A stretch of DNA of 44,109 bases from a bacterium (GTDB lineage Bacteria > Verrucomicrobiota > Kiritimatiellia > UBA8416). Position numbers and translations under genes: made by a program. Position 1 is the stretch's first letter. Each line of letters starts with the position of its first letter. The stretch spans positions 1 to 44,109 of the forward strand of contig JAIFLS010000146.1 of the NCBI GenBank assembly GCA_020048935.1, in the 5' to 3' direction. Shown here in pieces: positions 44,109 to 44,109 of this stretch. A model generated the notes under the pieces. The model was not told the origin of the DNA. It searched no databases and was given only the letters and a program-made list of their open reading frames with translations.

Positions 44109-44109
44109 C

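Overview
This 44 kb window (GC-rich, diderm bacterium) is mostly a large flagellar gene island, followed by flagellin/surface-glycan genes. Left arm, - strand, in order of transcription: flagellin 1, fliD, an AsnB-like amidotransferase, a sensor-less His kinase with a sigma54 activator, a six-gene operon (LysM, REC-STAS, TPR-like, small protein, FleS/FlrB-like kinase, FleR/FlrC-like activator), then flgBC-fliE-fliF-fliG (fliG cut by the window edge). Right arm, + strand: fliW-csrA-flagellin 2, maf-fliS, orphan genes with a probable flgM, flgFGAHIJNK (no flgL), rpoN, pseF-pseG-pseI, an ATP-grasp enzyme and HAD hydrolases, a hybrid kinase and an SprA-related protein (both - strand), a eukaryote-type UDP-galactopyranose mutase-like gene and a GT2. 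The regulatory layer is readable by eye: 8-9 sigma54 (GG-N10-GC) promoters, three TTAAG-N15-GCCGA sigma28 promoters, an activator palindrome plus IHF site upstream of rpoN, three intrinsic terminators and GGA-rich flagellin leaders. The most novel-looking points are a probable dedicated flagellar sigma54 with its own promoter variant, near-leaderless sigma54 transcripts, the uncharacterised LysM/REC-STAS/TPR operon, a CsrB-like flagellin leader, inverted Cys-containing flagellins and the missing flgL. No CRISPR, rRNA, tRNA or transposase was seen. All product calls come from motif recognition; no database search was run.
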